From contig DAOUBH010000021.1 in the NCBI GenBank assembly GCA_034432775.1, forward strand, positions 5,396 through 69,395: a stretch of 64,000 nucleotides of DNA, read 5' to 3'. This stretch comes from Chloroflexota bacterium. GTDB taxonomy: Bacteria > Chloroflexota > Chloroflexia > DAOUBH01. Each line of letters starts with the position of its first letter. Position 1 is the stretch's first letter. A program made the translations under genes and the position numbers. This document shows, piece by piece, positions 26,795 through 37,162 of the stretch. A model generated the notes under the pieces. It saw only the letters and a list, made by a program, of their open reading frames with translations, made no database searches and was not told where the DNA came from.

Positions 26795-29194
26795 ATGGAA
26801 AGGCACCCATTGGAACTTCGTCCTGAGGAACTTTGCAACCGATGTGATCCGGGGACGCTGGATTTCGAGACAACTTCGGAGCTAGAGCCCCTAGGGGAGG
26901 TTGTCGGCCAGGATCGAGCTATCGAAGCCATTCGCTTCGGCCTCGACATCGATGGTGACGGATACAACATCTATGTGGCCGGGCCACCTGGAACGGGTCG
27001 AAGCACTGTTGTCCAGGATCATGCCCGCAGAGCTGCTGCAACCCGCCCCGTGCCACATGACATCTGCTATGTGCACAATTTCAAGGAGAGGGCAAAGCCA
27101 CTAGCGATACTGCTGCCTGCGGGTCTCGGCGGACGCCTGGCTGCTGACATGGAGAAATTCGTGGAGACCGTGTTGCAGGAGCTCCCGCGAGCCTTCGAGA
27201 GCGAGCGTTACGAGCAGATGCGCGCCAAGGTGATGCTAGAGGTCCAACAAAAGAAGGAGGCCCTCTTTCAGCAGCTCCAGAAGGTGGCTCGGGAGATGGG
27301 TTTCTCCATTGAGATGACCCCAACGGGCATCGTGACCATACCTGTGGTCGAAGGACGCCCTGTCAGCCGCGAGGCATACGAGCTACTTCCAGAAGAGATG
27401 CGGCGCTCTATTCAGCAACGGGCCGAAGCGCTCCAAATGGAAATTGGGCAGGGTCTGAGAAAAGCCCGCCAATTGGACACTGAGGCGCTGGAGGCTATCA
27501 GAAAATTGGACCAGGATGTGGCCCTCAGCGTGGTCTCAGTGCCCATGGAAGAGCTGCGAAATACCTATCGAGAACACGGGAAGGTGCTTCAGTTCCTCGA
27601 TGCTGTCCAGCAGGATATCATAGAGAACCTTGAAGATTTTAGGCCGCAACCAGGAGAGCCGCGGACGCCAGACCGGTCCGAGCGTCTCAACCGCTACAAA
27701 GTGAATGTTCTGGTGGATAACAGCGGTCTCTCGGGAGCCCCAGTTGTGGTGGAGCACAACCCGACCTATTACAACCTTTTCGGGCGGGTTGACTATCGAG
27801 CCATCATGGGCGCCCTAATCACTGATCATACGCTCATAAGGCCTGGTGCGCTTCACCGGGCCAACGGTGGGTTCCTCATTGTCCAAGCCAAGGACGTATT
27901 TCTGAACTTCATGGCTTGGGAGGGGCTGAAGCGTACGTTGCGTTCAGGTCAGCTTCGCATCGAGAACCTGGCAGAGCAGTTCTCCCCCTATCCAGGTGTG
28001 ACCCTTCAACCTGAACCGGTCCCTATTAGTGTCAAAGTGATTATGATAGGCCCTATGGGCCTGTATCCCATTCTCTACGCCCTTGAAGATGATTTTAGGA
28101 AATTCTTCAAAGTCAAGGCCGATTTCGTCTGGGAAATGGAGCGCGATACAGATCAGGTGCGCTGGTATGCGTCCTTTGTGGCCATGAGGCAGAAGCAGTT
28201 GGGCCTGAGGCCTTTCCATAAGTCGGCCGTAGCCCGAGTTGTGGATTATGGATCACGACTCTTAGAGCACAAACAGAAGTTGTCGACCCGTTTTTCTGAA
28301 ATCGCCGACCTTGTCACTGAAGCCAACTACTGGGCGGGCAAAGAAGGCTCTGACGTGGTTTTGGATCGACATGTAACTAAGGCCATCGAGGCTAAGACCT
28401 ACAGGTCGAATCTCATACAGGAGAAGGTTCAGGAGCTTATCCAAGACAATACTGTTCTCATCCGTACCGAGGGAGCCGTAGTAGGCCAAGTGAATGGGCT
28501 CTCCATCATAGATCTGGGGGACTATCACTTTGGACGGCCCAGCCGCATCTCCGCACGGACGTACCTGGGCTCGGAAGGGATAGTGAATATCGAACGCGAG
28601 ATCGAGATGAGTGGCAGGATACATAGTAAAGGAGTGATGATCCTGTCGAACTTTCTGTCAGCCCGGTATGCCCAAGACTTCCCTATTTCACTGTCAGCCA
28701 GCATAACTTTCGAACAGACCTATGACGAAGTAGAAGGCGATTCGGCCTCCAGTACCGAGCTTTATGCATTACTCTCGAGCCTTTCAGGGTTGCCTATCAA
28801 GCAGAATCTTGCAGTCACGGGAGCTGTGGACCAGTACGGTGAGATACAGCCTGTGGGCGGTGTCAGCCGAAAAATCGAAGGGTTCTTCGATATTTGTAAA
28901 GGCAGAGGCCTGACAGGGGATCAGGGCGTGATCATCCCCAGGCGGAACGTCGCCAACCTAGTCTTGAGGGACGATGTAGTCGAAGCAGTCGAGGCAGGGA
29001 AGTTCCACATATATGCCGTGGACCATGTGGATCAAGGGATAGAGCTGTTGACGGGTGTGCCTGCTGGGGAGCGACGCCCTGATGGCACATGGCCGGAGGG
29101 CACTGTAAATTACCTGGTGGACAAGAAGCTGAGGGAGTACGCTACCCGGATGAAGGAGTTCGGCAAGACCGGGCCTGGCGAAGCAGACGCATAG
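26795..29194 (+). CDS. Lon-like protease, LonC-type (AAA+-like module with insertion domain, degenerate Walker A, Ser-Lys protease domain)
   Basis: Walker A is GPPGTGRST, with Arg replacing the canonical Lys. A ~130-aa helical or coiled-coil insertion spans residues ~130-260. C-terminal Lon proteolytic domain has GDSASS (Ser) and VSRKIEG (Lys). Confidence 0.75.
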   Translation: MERHPLELRPEELCNRCDPGTLDFETTSELEPLGEVVGQDRAIEAIRFGLDIDGDGYNIYVAGPPGTGRSTVVQDHARRAAATRPVPHDICYVHNFKERAKPLAILLPAGLGGRLAADMEKFVETVLQELPRAFESERYEQMRAKVMLEVQQKKEALFQQLQKVAREMGFSIEMTPTGIVTIPVVEGRPVSREAYELLPEEMRRSIQQRAEALQMEIGQGLRKARQLDTEALEAIRKLDQDVALSVVSVPMEELRNTYREHGKVLQFLDAVQQDIIENLEDFRPQPGEPRTPDRSERLNRYKVNVLVDNSGLSGAPVVVEHNPTYYNLFGRVDYRAIMGALITDHTLIRPGALHRANGGFLIVQAKDVFLNFMAWEGLKRTLRSGQLRIENLAEQFSPYPGVTLQPEPVPISVKVIMIGPMGLYPILYALEDDFRKFFKVKADFVWEMERDTDQVRWYASFVAMRQKQLGLRPFHKSAVARVVDYGSRLLEHKQKLSTRFSEIADLVTEANYWAGKEGSDVVLDRHVTKAIEAKTYRSNLIQEKVQELIQDNTVLIRTEGAVVGQVNGLSIIDLGDYHFGRPSRISARTYLGSEGIVNIEREIEMSGRIHSKGVMILSNFLSARYAQDFPISLSASITFEQTYDEVEGDSASSTELYALLSSLSGLPIKQNLAVTGAVDQYGEIQPVGGVSRKIEGFFDICKGRGLTGDQGVIIPRRNVANLVLRDDVVEAVEAGKFHIYAVDHVDQGIELLTGVPAGERRPDGTWPEGTVNYLVDKKLREYATRMKEFGKTGPGEADA

Positions 29195-29224
29195 AAGGTG
29201 TCGTAACCTCTTTTCGGCCTCAGG

Positions 29225-30208
29225 CTATGGCCTAAGGTATTCCATAAGCGATTTGGATGCCTCTGACCTCCTCAAGCGGATGAGGGCCTCCCTCTCGAGT
29301 TGACGAACGCGTTCACGGCTTACTTTCAGGCGTGCGGCAATTTCGTCGAGCGTTAGCTTGACCTGGCCGCTTAGGCCATACCGCCATTGTAGGACCAAAC
29401 GGAGCCGCTCCGGCAGGGCGTCTAGGGCAGCCTCAACTTCGGCTCTGAGGACGTCTTCTTCAGGCTCTTCAAGCATTTTCTGCCAGTCCTCATCGGCAAT
29501 GGCGTCGGCCAAATCGATGTCTTCCACGTTTGGAACTGGCGTGTCGAGCGATATGGTGGCCATGGCAGCAGCCAGGACCTCTTTGACCTTATGTACGGGC
29601 TGTCCCATGGCCTGAGCCAACTCATCAGCGGATGGCTCTCGGCCCAACTGCTGGGTAAGCTGCCTGCTAATCTTTGACACCGCTCCCAGCAGCCCAATCC
29701 TGTGGGCGGGCAGTCGGATGGTGCGTGCCTTGTCGGCGATAGCTTTCGTTATAGCTTCCCTTATCCACCAGTGGGCATAGGTAGAAAACCTATAGCCCAA
29801 AGTAGGGTCGAACTTTTCAGCCGCCCGAGTTAACCCGATGTTTCCCTCTTGGATGAGATCCATAATCGATAGGCCGTATCCGACATACCGCTTGGCTATG
29901 CTGACGACCAACAATAGGTTCGCTTCTACTAGTCGCCGGCGGGCATCCCGACCAGCTTCTACAAGCCGTTGCAGTTGCTCATACTCCTCGGGCGTTCGTT
30001 CGATCTCTTCGGCAAGGAGGGTGGCTGCCCTGTTTGCCTCAGCAATAGTTCTGCATATTTCCAGCTCTGAGCCTCTTGCGGCATCATAGGCACTATGGGC
30101 TTCCTGCAGATACAGGGTCAAGAGGTTGTCTGGTGTGTGGCTACTTCTGGTCCCATCCTGTCGGCCCAAATGCTCTCTGGTTAAAAGGTTGGTTTCGGCC
30201 AGTACCAT
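29225..30208 (-). CDS. RNA polymerase sigma factor, sigma-70 family
   Basis: Region 2 ([32 protein letters not shown]), region 3 and region 4 HTH ([21 protein letters not shown]). Confidence 0.85.
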   Translation of the reverse strand: MVLAETNLLTREHLGRQDGTRSSHTPDNLLTLYLQEAHSAYDAARGSELEICRTIAEANRAATLLAEEIERTPEEYEQLQRLVEAGRDARRRLVEANLLLVVSIAKRYVGYGLSIMDLIQEGNIGLTRAAEKFDPTLGYRFSTYAHWWIREAITKAIADKARTIRLPAHRIGLLGAVSKISRQLTQQLGREPSADELAQAMGQPVHKVKEVLAAAMATISLDTPVPNVEDIDLADAIADEDWQKMLEEPEEDVLRAEVEAALDALPERLRLVLQWRYGLSGQVKLTLDEIAARLKVSRERVRQLEREALIRLRRSEASKSLMEYLRP

Positions 30209-30488
30209 AGGTAGCCTCCTTACGTAATTCCATGTCCGAGCATACGTAAGGGGGGTAAAAGGCAGGGTGGATGAAGGTGAACAGTTGGTAAATGAGCCTG
30301 GCCGATGGCCAGGAGGCAGTTGGAGCTCAAATCCCAGGTGGGTGCCTTGCCAACATGCATCAGCTCACCGATATTGATCGGCTCGCGTAATGCCTGATGG
30401 CGCCGCTCCCAATAAGCTTGGTGTTCCCCCAACTCTCCCTGGCCATCGGCCAGGCCCGAGTCCACTATAAACTAGGGTTAACGCCTTT

Positions 30489-30995
30489 TCAAGCATTTTG
30501 CCGCTCTGCAGGTGCCTTGCCCGGGGACTGCAGGGCAAGTATCCTGAATGTCAATACGCCGGCAGGCACTGCGACCTTGACTTCATCCCCCACACGTTTT
30601 CCTAAAAGTGCCTTGCCAACTGGCGAGTCATAGCTTATGCCATCCGGCCGTATGTCTCCGGGCCCCACTATGGTCATGGTTTCGATAGCATTCTCTTCAA
30701 CGTTCAATAGGGTGACCCGCGAACCGATCCCCACAACCCCTGTCTCGCCTGCCTCTACATCGATGATCTCTGCATCCTTGAGCCTAGCGTCTATATCTGC
30801 CAACTCGCGTTCCAAAGCCTGTATCTGTTCCCAGACTGCCTCGTACTCCGACCGTTCGTACCAGTCTGCTCCCAGCTCGGTCATCTCTTCTCGCAGTTGT
30901 TCTCTAAGCCTTGGGAGCAGCTCCTTCTCAATGCGTTCCTTCCGTGCCAGAAGCCGGTTGTAGCCGTCGCGGGTTATGATGTTTTTAGAAGTCAT
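30489..30995 (-). CDS. greA: transcription elongation factor GreA
   Basis: 168 aa. N-terminal coiled coil plus a C-terminal FKBP-like domain (GDEVKVAVPAGVLTFRIL). Confidence 0.9.
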   Translation of the reverse strand: MTSKNIITRDGYNRLLARKERIEKELLPRLREQLREEMTELGADWYERSEYEAVWEQIQALERELADIDARLKDAEIIDVEAGETGVVGIGSRVTLLNVEENAIETMTIVGPGDIRPDGISYDSPVGKALLGKRVGDEVKVAVPAGVLTFRILALQSPGKAPAERQNA

Positions 30996-31045
30996 AGCCT
31001 CCCCCGATGCTCTTACACTAGTCCAGCTTTACCGACTATTCTGCC

Positions 31046-32218
31046 TTAGCGGTTCAGATGCAACTGCACTGTGGGGATAACCCTTGCGTTCGTAATGCTA
31101 ATCTGCGCAGCCAACTGCTCGGCGACTCGCCCGAAGGCTTGCGCTAGTGGTGACTGGGGATCCTCCATGACGATGGGCCTCCCCGCATCCCCGGTTTTCC
31201 TGATAGCTTCCGAGAGGGGAATCTCACCTAAGAACGGCACCTTCAGTCGTTCAGCGGCAGAGGCGGCACCTCCATGGCCAAAGATGTAGGCTTTGTGCCC
31301 GCACTCAGGACACTCGTAATAGCTCATGTTCTCCACTATTCCCAGGATGTGCACATGCAGGTGCCTGAACATTGCAAGCGCCTTGGTGGCAATGTTCAGG
31401 GCAACGTCCTGGGGAGTAGTTACTATTATAGCGCCCGTGAGGGGCACCGTCTGTATAAGAGTAAGAGGTGCGTCACCAGTGCCGGGCGGCAGGTCGATGA
31501 CGAGGTAGTCCAACTCGCCCCAATCTACGTCGCTCAGCATCTGCCGAACGGCCCCGCCTACCAGGGGACCTCTCCAAATCACCGGAGTGTCCGCCTCTGT
31601 GAGGAGGCCAAGTGACATCATCTTGATCCCATATGCCTGAAGTGGAATGAGCTTCTCGCCTGTATACCTCGGCTTGGAGCGGGTGCCCATCATGGCAGGA
31701 ATTGTGGGGCCGTAGATGTCTGCGTCCAATAAGCCCACCTTGGCTCCCCGCTGTCCCAATGCCACCGCTAGATTAGCAGCTACCGTTGATTTTCCTACGC
31801 CACCCTTACCAGATCCTACGGCCACCAGGTTTTTCACCTGCGGCACTATGTTCTCAGGTGACTGCCGTGAAGACGCCCTGACCGAGGCTGCCATCTTTAC
31901 ATCTACGCGCTTGACGCCTTCGAGCGACCTCACTGCCTCTCTGGCCATAGATTCGAGTTGGTTACGAACGGGGCATGCCGGAGTAGTGAGTTCGAAGGTG
32001 AAGCTCACAACAGCGCCATCCGGTTCATGGTCGATTCGGAGATCTTTGATCATCCCCAAGGAGACTATATCCTTCCTGAGATCGGGATCGTGAACCTTCC
32101 GTAGAGCGCCCAATACAGCGTCAGCGTCTATCTTGGGTCCGCTTCCTCCGGGTATCCGCGGTGTGCCCACACGTTCCTCCTGTACATCTGTCTGGAGTAT
32201 TTTACAATGCTTTAACAT
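31046..32218 (-). CDS. Mrp/NBP35 family iron-sulfur cluster carrier ATPase (ApbC) with N-terminal DUF59
   Basis: VAVGSGKGGVGKST deviant Walker A. CPxC-like ECPECGH motif. N-terminal DUF59 (VHDPDLRKDIVSLGMIKDL). Confidence 0.85.
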   Translation of the reverse strand: MLKHCKILQTDVQEERVGTPRIPGGSGPKIDADAVLGALRKVHDPDLRKDIVSLGMIKDLRIDHEPDGAVVSFTFELTTPACPVRNQLESMAREAVRSLEGVKRVDVKMAASVRASSRQSPENIVPQVKNLVAVGSGKGGVGKSTVAANLAVALGQRGAKVGLLDADIYGPTIPAMMGTRSKPRYTGEKLIPLQAYGIKMMSLGLLTEADTPVIWRGPLVGGAVRQMLSDVDWGELDYLVIDLPPGTGDAPLTLIQTVPLTGAIIVTTPQDVALNIATKALAMFRHLHVHILGIVENMSYYECPECGHKAYIFGHGGAASAAERLKVPFLGEIPLSEAIRKTGDAGRPIVMEDPQSPLAQAFGRVAEQLAAQISITNARVIPTVQLHLNR

Positions 32219-32272
32219 CCTCGCTTTCCTTGCTTGAACTGTAAGTCCGATGTTTGATACACTGGGAACAGT

Positions 32273-33466
32273 ATGCCCAAGTTGGAGGTTGCGGCTTTGT
32301 CACCTAAACTTGCTGAACGTACTGAGCATTTTGAGCGGTCCGGCATACGCCAGATCATGGACCTAGCCCTTAGCTATCCAGATGTTATCCATCTGGAAAT
32401 AGGCGAACCTAACTTCTTGACTCCTGCCCACATACTTGAGGCGGTCGTTAAAGCTATCGCCGATGCTGAACGGCACCGGATCACCAAGTACTCTCCTAGC
32501 GCAGGCCTTCCAGCCTTGAGAGACGCTGCAGCCGCGCGGGTTTCGCGACTATACGGGGTTCCGGCGACACGGGAGAACATTCTGGTCACGCAGGGATCAA
32601 CCAGTGGACTCACCTTGGCGGTTTCCGCTGTTGTCAATCCCGGCGATGAGGTGCTTATCCCAGATCCCGGATGGGCCAGCTATGTGGCCATAGTGAGGGC
32701 GCAGGGAGCAAGGGAAGTGCGATACAGGACGCGGCAAGAGCTTGGCTTTGTGCCGCAGTTATCCGACTTGGAGGCAGGGGTAAGCTCTAGGACCCGGGCC
32801 ATAATCGTCAACTCACCCAACAATCCAACGGGCGCCGTCTATCCGAAGGAGGCCATCGAGACCATCTATGCTTTTGCCAGGAAACACGACCTATGGGTAA
32901 TATCCGACGAAAGTTACGAACAGCTGGTGTTTGAGGGCACCCACTTCAGCCCTCTCTCTTTGGACGAAGATGGCAGGGTCATCCAGCTCTATAGTTTTTC
33001 CAAAGGATACGCCATGACTGGGTTCCGCATTGGGTACAACTATGCGCCCGAGCCAGTCTTGGCTGCTATGGCGAAGTTCCAGGAACCGTATGCTCTGTGC
33101 CCCAACACTGTGTCACAGCATGCCGCTCTGGCAGCTTTGGAGGGGCCCCAGGAGTGTGTTGCTGAGATGGTGGCGTCCTACAGGCGTCGCAGAGATCTGG
33201 CCTTGTCTGTCTTGCGGGAGTTCGGTCTCTATAGATATACCCCCTCCGGAGCTTTTTACCTGTTGGTCGACGTTTCCAACCTCCAGGAAGACGGCTACAA
33301 GTTGGCTCGAAGATTCGTGCACGAACGACGGGTAGCCGTTTCACCCGGTGAAGCTTTCGGTCCGTCTGGGAAGGGGCTGGTTCGTGTTTCGTTGGCAACA
33401 GCCGAGGACCTACTTGTTGAGGGCCTGCGACGTATTGCCCAGGAAGTTGTCTCCAAGGCGGCCTAG
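32273..33466 (+). CDS. pyridoxal phosphate-dependent aminotransferase (class I, aspartate aminotransferase-like)
   Basis: SFSKGYAMTGFRIGY PLP-lysine motif. ~397 aa. Confidence 0.85.
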   Translation: MPKLEVAALSPKLAERTEHFERSGIRQIMDLALSYPDVIHLEIGEPNFLTPAHILEAVVKAIADAERHRITKYSPSAGLPALRDAAAARVSRLYGVPATRENILVTQGSTSGLTLAVSAVVNPGDEVLIPDPGWASYVAIVRAQGAREVRYRTRQELGFVPQLSDLEAGVSSRTRAIIVNSPNNPTGAVYPKEAIETIYAFARKHDLWVISDESYEQLVFEGTHFSPLSLDEDGRVIQLYSFSKGYAMTGFRIGYNYAPEPVLAAMAKFQEPYALCPNTVSQHAALAALEGPQECVAEMVASYRRRRDLALSVLREFGLYRYTPSGAFYLLVDVSNLQEDGYKLARRFVHERRVAVSPGEAFGPSGKGLVRVSLATAEDLLVEGLRRIAQEVVSKAA

Positions 33467-33493
33467 CCTCGCAGTGCCAGTCGGTATCAGAGC

Positions 33494-35011
33494 TTAGGAG
33501 CCGAGATACGATTTCTGGACGGCATCGCTGGAAAGGAGGTCACTCGCCTTTGCTTCCAGGACGATGCGTCCGTTCCGCATGAGGTAGCCACGATCGGCCA
33601 AGGACAGTGCCATAAGGGCGTTCTGTTCCACAAGAAGCACCGTTGCACCGGAATCCCTTACGTCGGCAATGGCTCGTGCAACCATCTCCACCATTAAGGG
33701 CGAGAGACCCGTAGAAGGCTCATCCATGCAAATTAGCTCCGGCTCCGTCATCAGAGCTCGGCCTATGGCCAGCATCTGCTGCTCGCCGCCACTCAGGGTG
33801 CCGGCCATCTGGTTCCTACGTTCCGCCAGCCTCGGGAACAAAGTGTACACCCGTTCCATCCTAGCGCGTACCAGGTCTAGGGGAAGGCTGTACCCGCCCA
33901 TCTCAAGGTTCTCTCTGACCGTGAGCCTGCGGAATATGCGTCTTCCCTCAGGCACGATGCAGATGCCCATTCTGACGATTTGATGTGTTGGCATGCCATC
34001 GATGCGAGTGCCCTTGAACGTTATGGTGCCATGTAGTGGCTTCACAGCCCCCAAAACGGCTTTCACTGTGGTAGACTTGCCTGCCGCGTTGGGTCCTAGG
34101 AGGCACACTATCTCACCCTTTCGTACGTGGAAAGAGACGTTCCACAGTACCTGCATAGGACCGTACGCTACTGCCAGCCCGTTTACCTCTAGTAGCGATT
34201 GACCAGCTTCGGTTCTTTGTGTCCGCGATTTGACTTCTGCGAAGCTCTCTTGGCGGCCAAGGTAGGCCTCGATCACAGCCTTGTCCTGCTGTATTTCCGA
34301 TGGAGTGCCCTCGGCGATTTTCTTCCCGTAGTCGAGGACGATGATGCGATCGGAGATATCCATGACGATCCCCATGTGGTGCTCCACCAAAAGGACGGTG
34401 AAACCCCTGTCCCTTAGGCTCAGTATTAGCTGCATGAGCTCGTTGGCTTCTGCTGGATTCATGCCGGCGGCCGGTTCATCTAGGAGCAAAAGCTCTGGTC
34501 CTGCAGCCAAAGCCCGAGCGATCTCCACGCGACGCATTTCGGCATGATTTAGTGTAGTGGCCAAGTCGTCTCTGCGGGTTAGCAACTCCCTACCGAAAAG
34601 CCCCAGAAGCTCGAGGGCACGTTCCCGAGCTCCGGCCTCTTTATGGCGAAAGCTTGGTAGCCTCAAAAGGGTCTCTACCACATTTGGACGAAGGAGATGG
34701 TGGCTGCCCACCATCACGTTCTCAAGGACCGTCATGTTTGGGAAAACGCGACTTATCTGAAAGGTTCGGGCGATCCCTTTGTGGGCTATCTTGTGGGGAG
34801 GCAAGCCAGTGATGTCCTCACCTTTGAAGATGACCGCTCCCGCACTGGGCCGATATATGCCTGTTATCAAGTTGAAAAGGGTAGTCTTGCCAGCTCCGTT
34901 GGGGCCAATAATACTAACTATCTCCCCTCGGTCAACATGGAACGTCACGTCGGACACAGCCTTCAAACCGCCGAAATTCTTGCTGACGCCGTGGACCTCG
35001 AGGAGGCTCAT
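33494..35011 (-). CDS. ABC transporter ATP-binding protein, fused LivG-LivF (second copy)
   Basis: Two NBDs (GPNGAGKTT and GPNAAGKST, with two LSGG-type signatures). Start taken at MSLLEVHGVSKNF, which overlaps the upstream permease stop. Confidence 0.85.
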   Translation of the reverse strand: MSLLEVHGVSKNFGGLKAVSDVTFHVDRGEIVSIIGPNGAGKTTLFNLITGIYRPSAGAVIFKGEDITGLPPHKIAHKGIARTFQISRVFPNMTVLENVMVGSHHLLRPNVVETLLRLPSFRHKEAGARERALELLGLFGRELLTRRDDLATTLNHAEMRRVEIARALAAGPELLLLDEPAAGMNPAEANELMQLILSLRDRGFTVLLVEHHMGIVMDISDRIIVLDYGKKIAEGTPSEIQQDKAVIEAYLGRQESFAEVKSRTQRTEAGQSLLEVNGLAVAYGPMQVLWNVSFHVRKGEIVCLLGPNAAGKSTTVKAVLGAVKPLHGTITFKGTRIDGMPTHQIVRMGICIVPEGRRIFRRLTVRENLEMGGYSLPLDLVRARMERVYTLFPRLAERRNQMAGTLSGGEQQMLAIGRALMTEPELICMDEPSTGLSPLMVEMVARAIADVRDSGATVLLVEQNALMALSLADRGYLMRNGRIVLEAKASDLLSSDAVQKSYLGS

Positions 35012-35012
35012 C

Positions 35013-36107
35013 CTATTTCCTCTCGACCTCCCAGACAACAGTGTCCTGCCGTTCCCGTGACCGCGGGTCCACGGCGGTGAGCTCACGTCGTCTCTGGGGA
35101 CTCCCCAGGAGGCCCTGCGGTCTCAAACGCATCATCAGCACCAGCATAACACCGTAGGCAACCCATCGATAGATGCTGTAATCCCGTAATATTTCGGGTA
35201 TCACAACCAACGCCGCGGCGCCAGCAACCACACCGGGAATGCTCCCAAGGCCACCCAGGACAATCATGGCGAAGACGTTCACTGTTTCAACGGCAGTGAA
35301 CGAGTTGGGAAAAGCTGCCCCTCTCCAAGCTGCCAGGGTGGCCCCGGCCGCCCCTGCCATAAAGGCTCCGGTGGCAAAGGCAAGTAACTTGTAGCGCACC
35401 GTAGGTATGCCCATACTCCTGGCTGCAAGCTCGTCCTCTCGGATAGCTGCCCAAGCCCTGCCTATGGCGGACCGGCTCAGAAAGCTGGATGCTCCGAGGA
35501 AGATCACCGCTAACAGGAGGATCAGGTAATAGTACTCCTTAGATGTCTGGAGGCTCAGACCTAGAAGAGGCACTGTAACCGGGTCAAGCCCCACGATGCC
35601 ATTGGGCCCGTTGGTCACATTGATCGGAAAGTTGCGCCCGTCCATGTTGTTGAAAAGTATCCTGATAATCTCTCCGAAGCCGAGAGTTACAATGGCCAGG
35701 TAGTCGCCGCGAAGCCTGAGCACCGGCGCGCCAAGGAGCACTCCAAAAAAGGCTGTCAGGCTAGCTGCCAAGGGCAAAACAACCCAGTAGCTCCAATGGA
35801 CATTGAATTGGTGAGAGGCCAATAGGGCATAGGTGTATGCCCCAATGCCGTAAAAGGCCACATATCCTAAATCTAGTAGGCCAGCATAGCCCGCTACTAC
35901 GTTCAGTCCAAGGGCTAGCACTATGTAAAGGTTAACAGTTGACAAGACCCCGATGACGTACAGGTTGTCCAGAATCTGAGGTGCCGCGAGTGCAACGGCC
36001 AACAACACCAGCAGTCCCAGCCTCCGGGCATTGGGACCAATGTTCCTCAACGCTACCTGGGGACTGGAGAGCAGCTTGGTACGTCCGATGGAATGGGTCT
36101 GCGGCAT
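35013..36107 (-). CDS. branched-chain amino acid ABC transporter permease LivM-like
   Basis: LLDLGYVAFYGIGAY core. Start taken at MPQTHSI, overlapping the LivH2 stop. Confidence 0.8.
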   Translation of the reverse strand: MPQTHSIGRTKLLSSPQVALRNIGPNARRLGLLVLLAVALAAPQILDNLYVIGVLSTVNLYIVLALGLNVVAGYAGLLDLGYVAFYGIGAYTYALLASHQFNVHWSYWVVLPLAASLTAFFGVLLGAPVLRLRGDYLAIVTLGFGEIIRILFNNMDGRNFPINVTNGPNGIVGLDPVTVPLLGLSLQTSKEYYYLILLLAVIFLGASSFLSRSAIGRAWAAIREDELAARSMGIPTVRYKLLAFATGAFMAGAAGATLAAWRGAAFPNSFTAVETVNVFAMIVLGGLGSIPGVVAGAAALVVIPEILRDYSIYRWVAYGVMLVLMMRLRPQGLLGSPQRRRELTAVDPRSRERQDTVVWEVERK

Positions 36108-36108
36108 G

Positions 36109-37038
36109 TCACACCTTTTCGGGCAACGATTCCCCAAGGACTCCCTGTGGCCTGAATATGAGGAGCAATATCAGTATGGCGAAGGCTATGACATCCCGGT
36201 ATGACGATGAAATGAAGGCCATGCCAAAGCTCTCGACAAGTCCCAGGAGGAGGCCACCCAGCATTGCCCCTCGTATATTGCCAATTCCGCCTAGCACAGC
36301 CGCTGTAAAGGCCTTCAGGCCGGCTGTCCATCCCATTACAAAGTCGAGCTGAGTGTAGAACAGACTCACCAGGACGCCCCCAGCTCCTGCAAGTATAGCT
36401 CCTAAGAAAAATGTCAGCGAGATGATGCGATCCGTGTTGATACCCATATACTGGGCAGCTTCTCTGTCCTGAGCCGTCGCCCTGATTGCCCTGCCCAACC
36501 GAGTCGAATTCACCAGTCTGTCTAGGGCAAACATGAGAAGGACCGACACCGCCACTATCAGAATACGCACAAAGGATATGGTCGTGCCTGCTATGTCCAC
36601 TTGTAGGGATGACGGTAAAAGGGGTTCTACCAAAATTATTTTGGGCTTGGTTCCAAGAAGTATGGCCACGGCATATTCGAGAATAAGGGAAACCCCCAGA
36701 GCTGCCAACAGGGGCGCTAACCTGGGGGCGGACCGTAAGGGGCGGTAGGCCAAATATTCCATGGCCAGGCCGATCAAGCCGCAGACCGTCATGGAAGCTA
36801 ACATCATCAAGGCGAACACCACGGCAGCAGGTGCGGCCAAGACACCACCAACCAACAGGGCCGAGAGTACACCCCACCCTACATAGGCACCCACCATGAA
36901 AACGTCACCGTGGGCGAAGTTGAGGATTTCCAAGATCCCGTAAACCATGCTGTACCCCAGCGCTATTAGCCCGTAAATACATCCAAGGGTGATACCGTTC
37001 ACGAGTTGCTGGGGGATCTGGGCCACTACGCTTTCCAA
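36109..37038 (-). CDS. branched-chain amino acid ABC transporter permease LivH-like
   Basis: GLIALGYSMVYGILEILNFAHGDVFM motif. Confidence 0.85.
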   Translation of the reverse strand: MESVVAQIPQQLVNGITLGCIYGLIALGYSMVYGILEILNFAHGDVFMVGAYVGWGVLSALLVGGVLAAPAAVVFALMMLASMTVCGLIGLAMEYLAYRPLRSAPRLAPLLAALGVSLILEYAVAILLGTKPKIILVEPLLPSSLQVDIAGTTISFVRILIVAVSVLLMFALDRLVNSTRLGRAIRATAQDREAAQYMGINTDRIISLTFFLGAILAGAGGVLVSLFYTQLDFVMGWTAGLKAFTAAVLGGIGNIRGAMLGGLLLGLVESFGMAFISSSYRDVIAFAILILLLIFRPQGVLGESLPEKV

Positions 37039-37162
37039 CTCTGTGCTCCCTGTGTGTTCGAATGCATCCAGTATGTCATAGGTAACTGAGACTGTATGGC
37101 CTACCTAAATGGATGCTGGGACGTGGCGGCTTGAGCCCCGGGGCTCCAGCCGCCAGCAACTT

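Noticed and set aside
36053-36877. 274-aa minus-strand ORF
   Set aside because: It overlaps the LivH-like permease gene in a different frame. It is Gly/Arg/Ser-rich, not membrane-like.
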